Origin: a virus
Length of the DNA stretch: 64,000 bases
Strand: one strand, 5' to 3'
Virus record (IMG/VR): IMGVR_UViG_3300045988_174371
Coordinates: 1-64,000 of that record
Below, one piece after another: positions 63,400-64,000 of this stretch (position 1 is its first letter; each line of letters begins with the position of its first letter). Below the pieces are notes generated by a model. That model had not been told where the DNA came from. It worked only from the letters and a program-made list of their open reading frames with translations, and did not search any database. The translations under genes and the position numbers were made by a program.

Positions 63400-63747
63400 C
63401 TATGCGGAATAGTTGTTGAGGGCGGTCTGGTGCTTGTTTGCAATGGAGATGTAGAGGCTAGTAAGCTCATTGATTCGGTTCTTGCGAACCTCTTCCATTG
63501 CTTCCATGCCTTCGCGCCTAGCAATGTAGAGGTCTGCGTCACGCATCATCTCGTAGTCGCCTACGGTCAGGTACAGCTCATGTGCCTTAGGGGTTAGTTC
63601 CTTTAGTGCTTCATGCAGGTACCCGTGCTTGTTGGGCATGTTTTCGACGGCTTCGGTCAGTTCCTCGTGAAGTGCCTTTGCGTACTTGCGAACCTTGCGG
63701 AGGGAGCCAAGGTAGGTCTTGGTGTGGAAGTTTACAGATGCGCTCAT
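63400..63747 (-). CDS. hypothetical helical protein
   Basis: Start at the ATG at 63747 (MSASVNF) after SD GAAAGG, downstream of the promoter. Confidence 0.7.
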   Translation of the reverse strand: MSASVNFHTKTYLGSLRKVRKYAKALHEELTEAVENMPNKHGYLHEALKELTPKAHELYLTVGDYEMMRDADLYIARREGMEAMEEVRKNRINELTSLYISIANKHQTALNNYSA

Positions 63748-63813
63748 GACTTGAAGCCTTTCGGTTGAGATGTGCGGTTCGGTATTCCGAGGGGTTCCCC
63801 TCACTACATAAAT

Positions 63814-63824
63814 AGTGTATCACA
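63814..63824 (-). promoter_or_regulatory. extended -10 promoter
   Basis: rc reads TGTGATACACT. Confidence 0.65.
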
Positions 63825-64000
63825 TAAATAACCTTGTGTGCAACGCGGGTATGTTGCATTGCCGCTCAGAACGCTTTCGAGTCCCGAGCTGTATCATGGT
63901 CGGGATGGTCTGCTTACCTGTATTGAACAGTACTACATCCAAGCTCCCCGGTAGTGGCAAGCTTCAGTGAACACCCGTCACCGTAACGCTACTGACACTA

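Noticed and set aside
1-64000. CRISPR arrays, rRNA genes, integrase/att boundaries, and phage structural or replication modules
   Set aside because: I looked for regularly spaced repeats, rRNA-like conserved blocks, tyrosine-integrase motifs and capsid, terminase or polymerase motifs, and found none. The element type (phage, prophage or plasmid) stays an inference.

Overview
This window is a gene-dense, moderately GC-rich accessory region that looks like part of a large actinobacterial phage, prophage or plasmid. I call about 78 protein genes, mostly short, mostly without a recognisable function, and about 85% on the minus strand. I also call 3 tRNA genes: Thr-TGT, Leu-GAG and Leu-TAG. No virion, replication or ribosomal genes are recognisable. 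Transcription is unusually modular. More than 40 copies of one extended -10 promoter (TGTGnTACACT, variant TGCTAGWAT) sit 30-75 nt upstream of starts with GAAAGG-type Shine-Dalgarno (SD) sites, and most units end in long perfect hairpins. The products I can recognise are a small serine recombinase, an intact TnpB (tnpB) plus a decayed TnpB relic, a polynucleotide kinase/metallophosphatase, two ATP-dependent RNA ligases, a PP2C phosphatase, an excisionase-type HTH protein, a secreted surface protein and a lipoprotein. Four things stand out. (1) A four-copy family of ~160-nt structured RNA elements shows compensatory base changes; two copies have their own promoter and two bracket the recombinase cassette. 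(2) A ~1-kb ORF-free, hairpin-dense region sits directly 3' of tnpB. (3) Both tRNA-Leu genes have structured leaders, in a region that also encodes RNA-repair enzymes. (4) Several paralogue families have expanded, and one copy is broken by a 2-nt slip in a CA repeat. All functional calls rest on motifs read by eye; no database search was possible.
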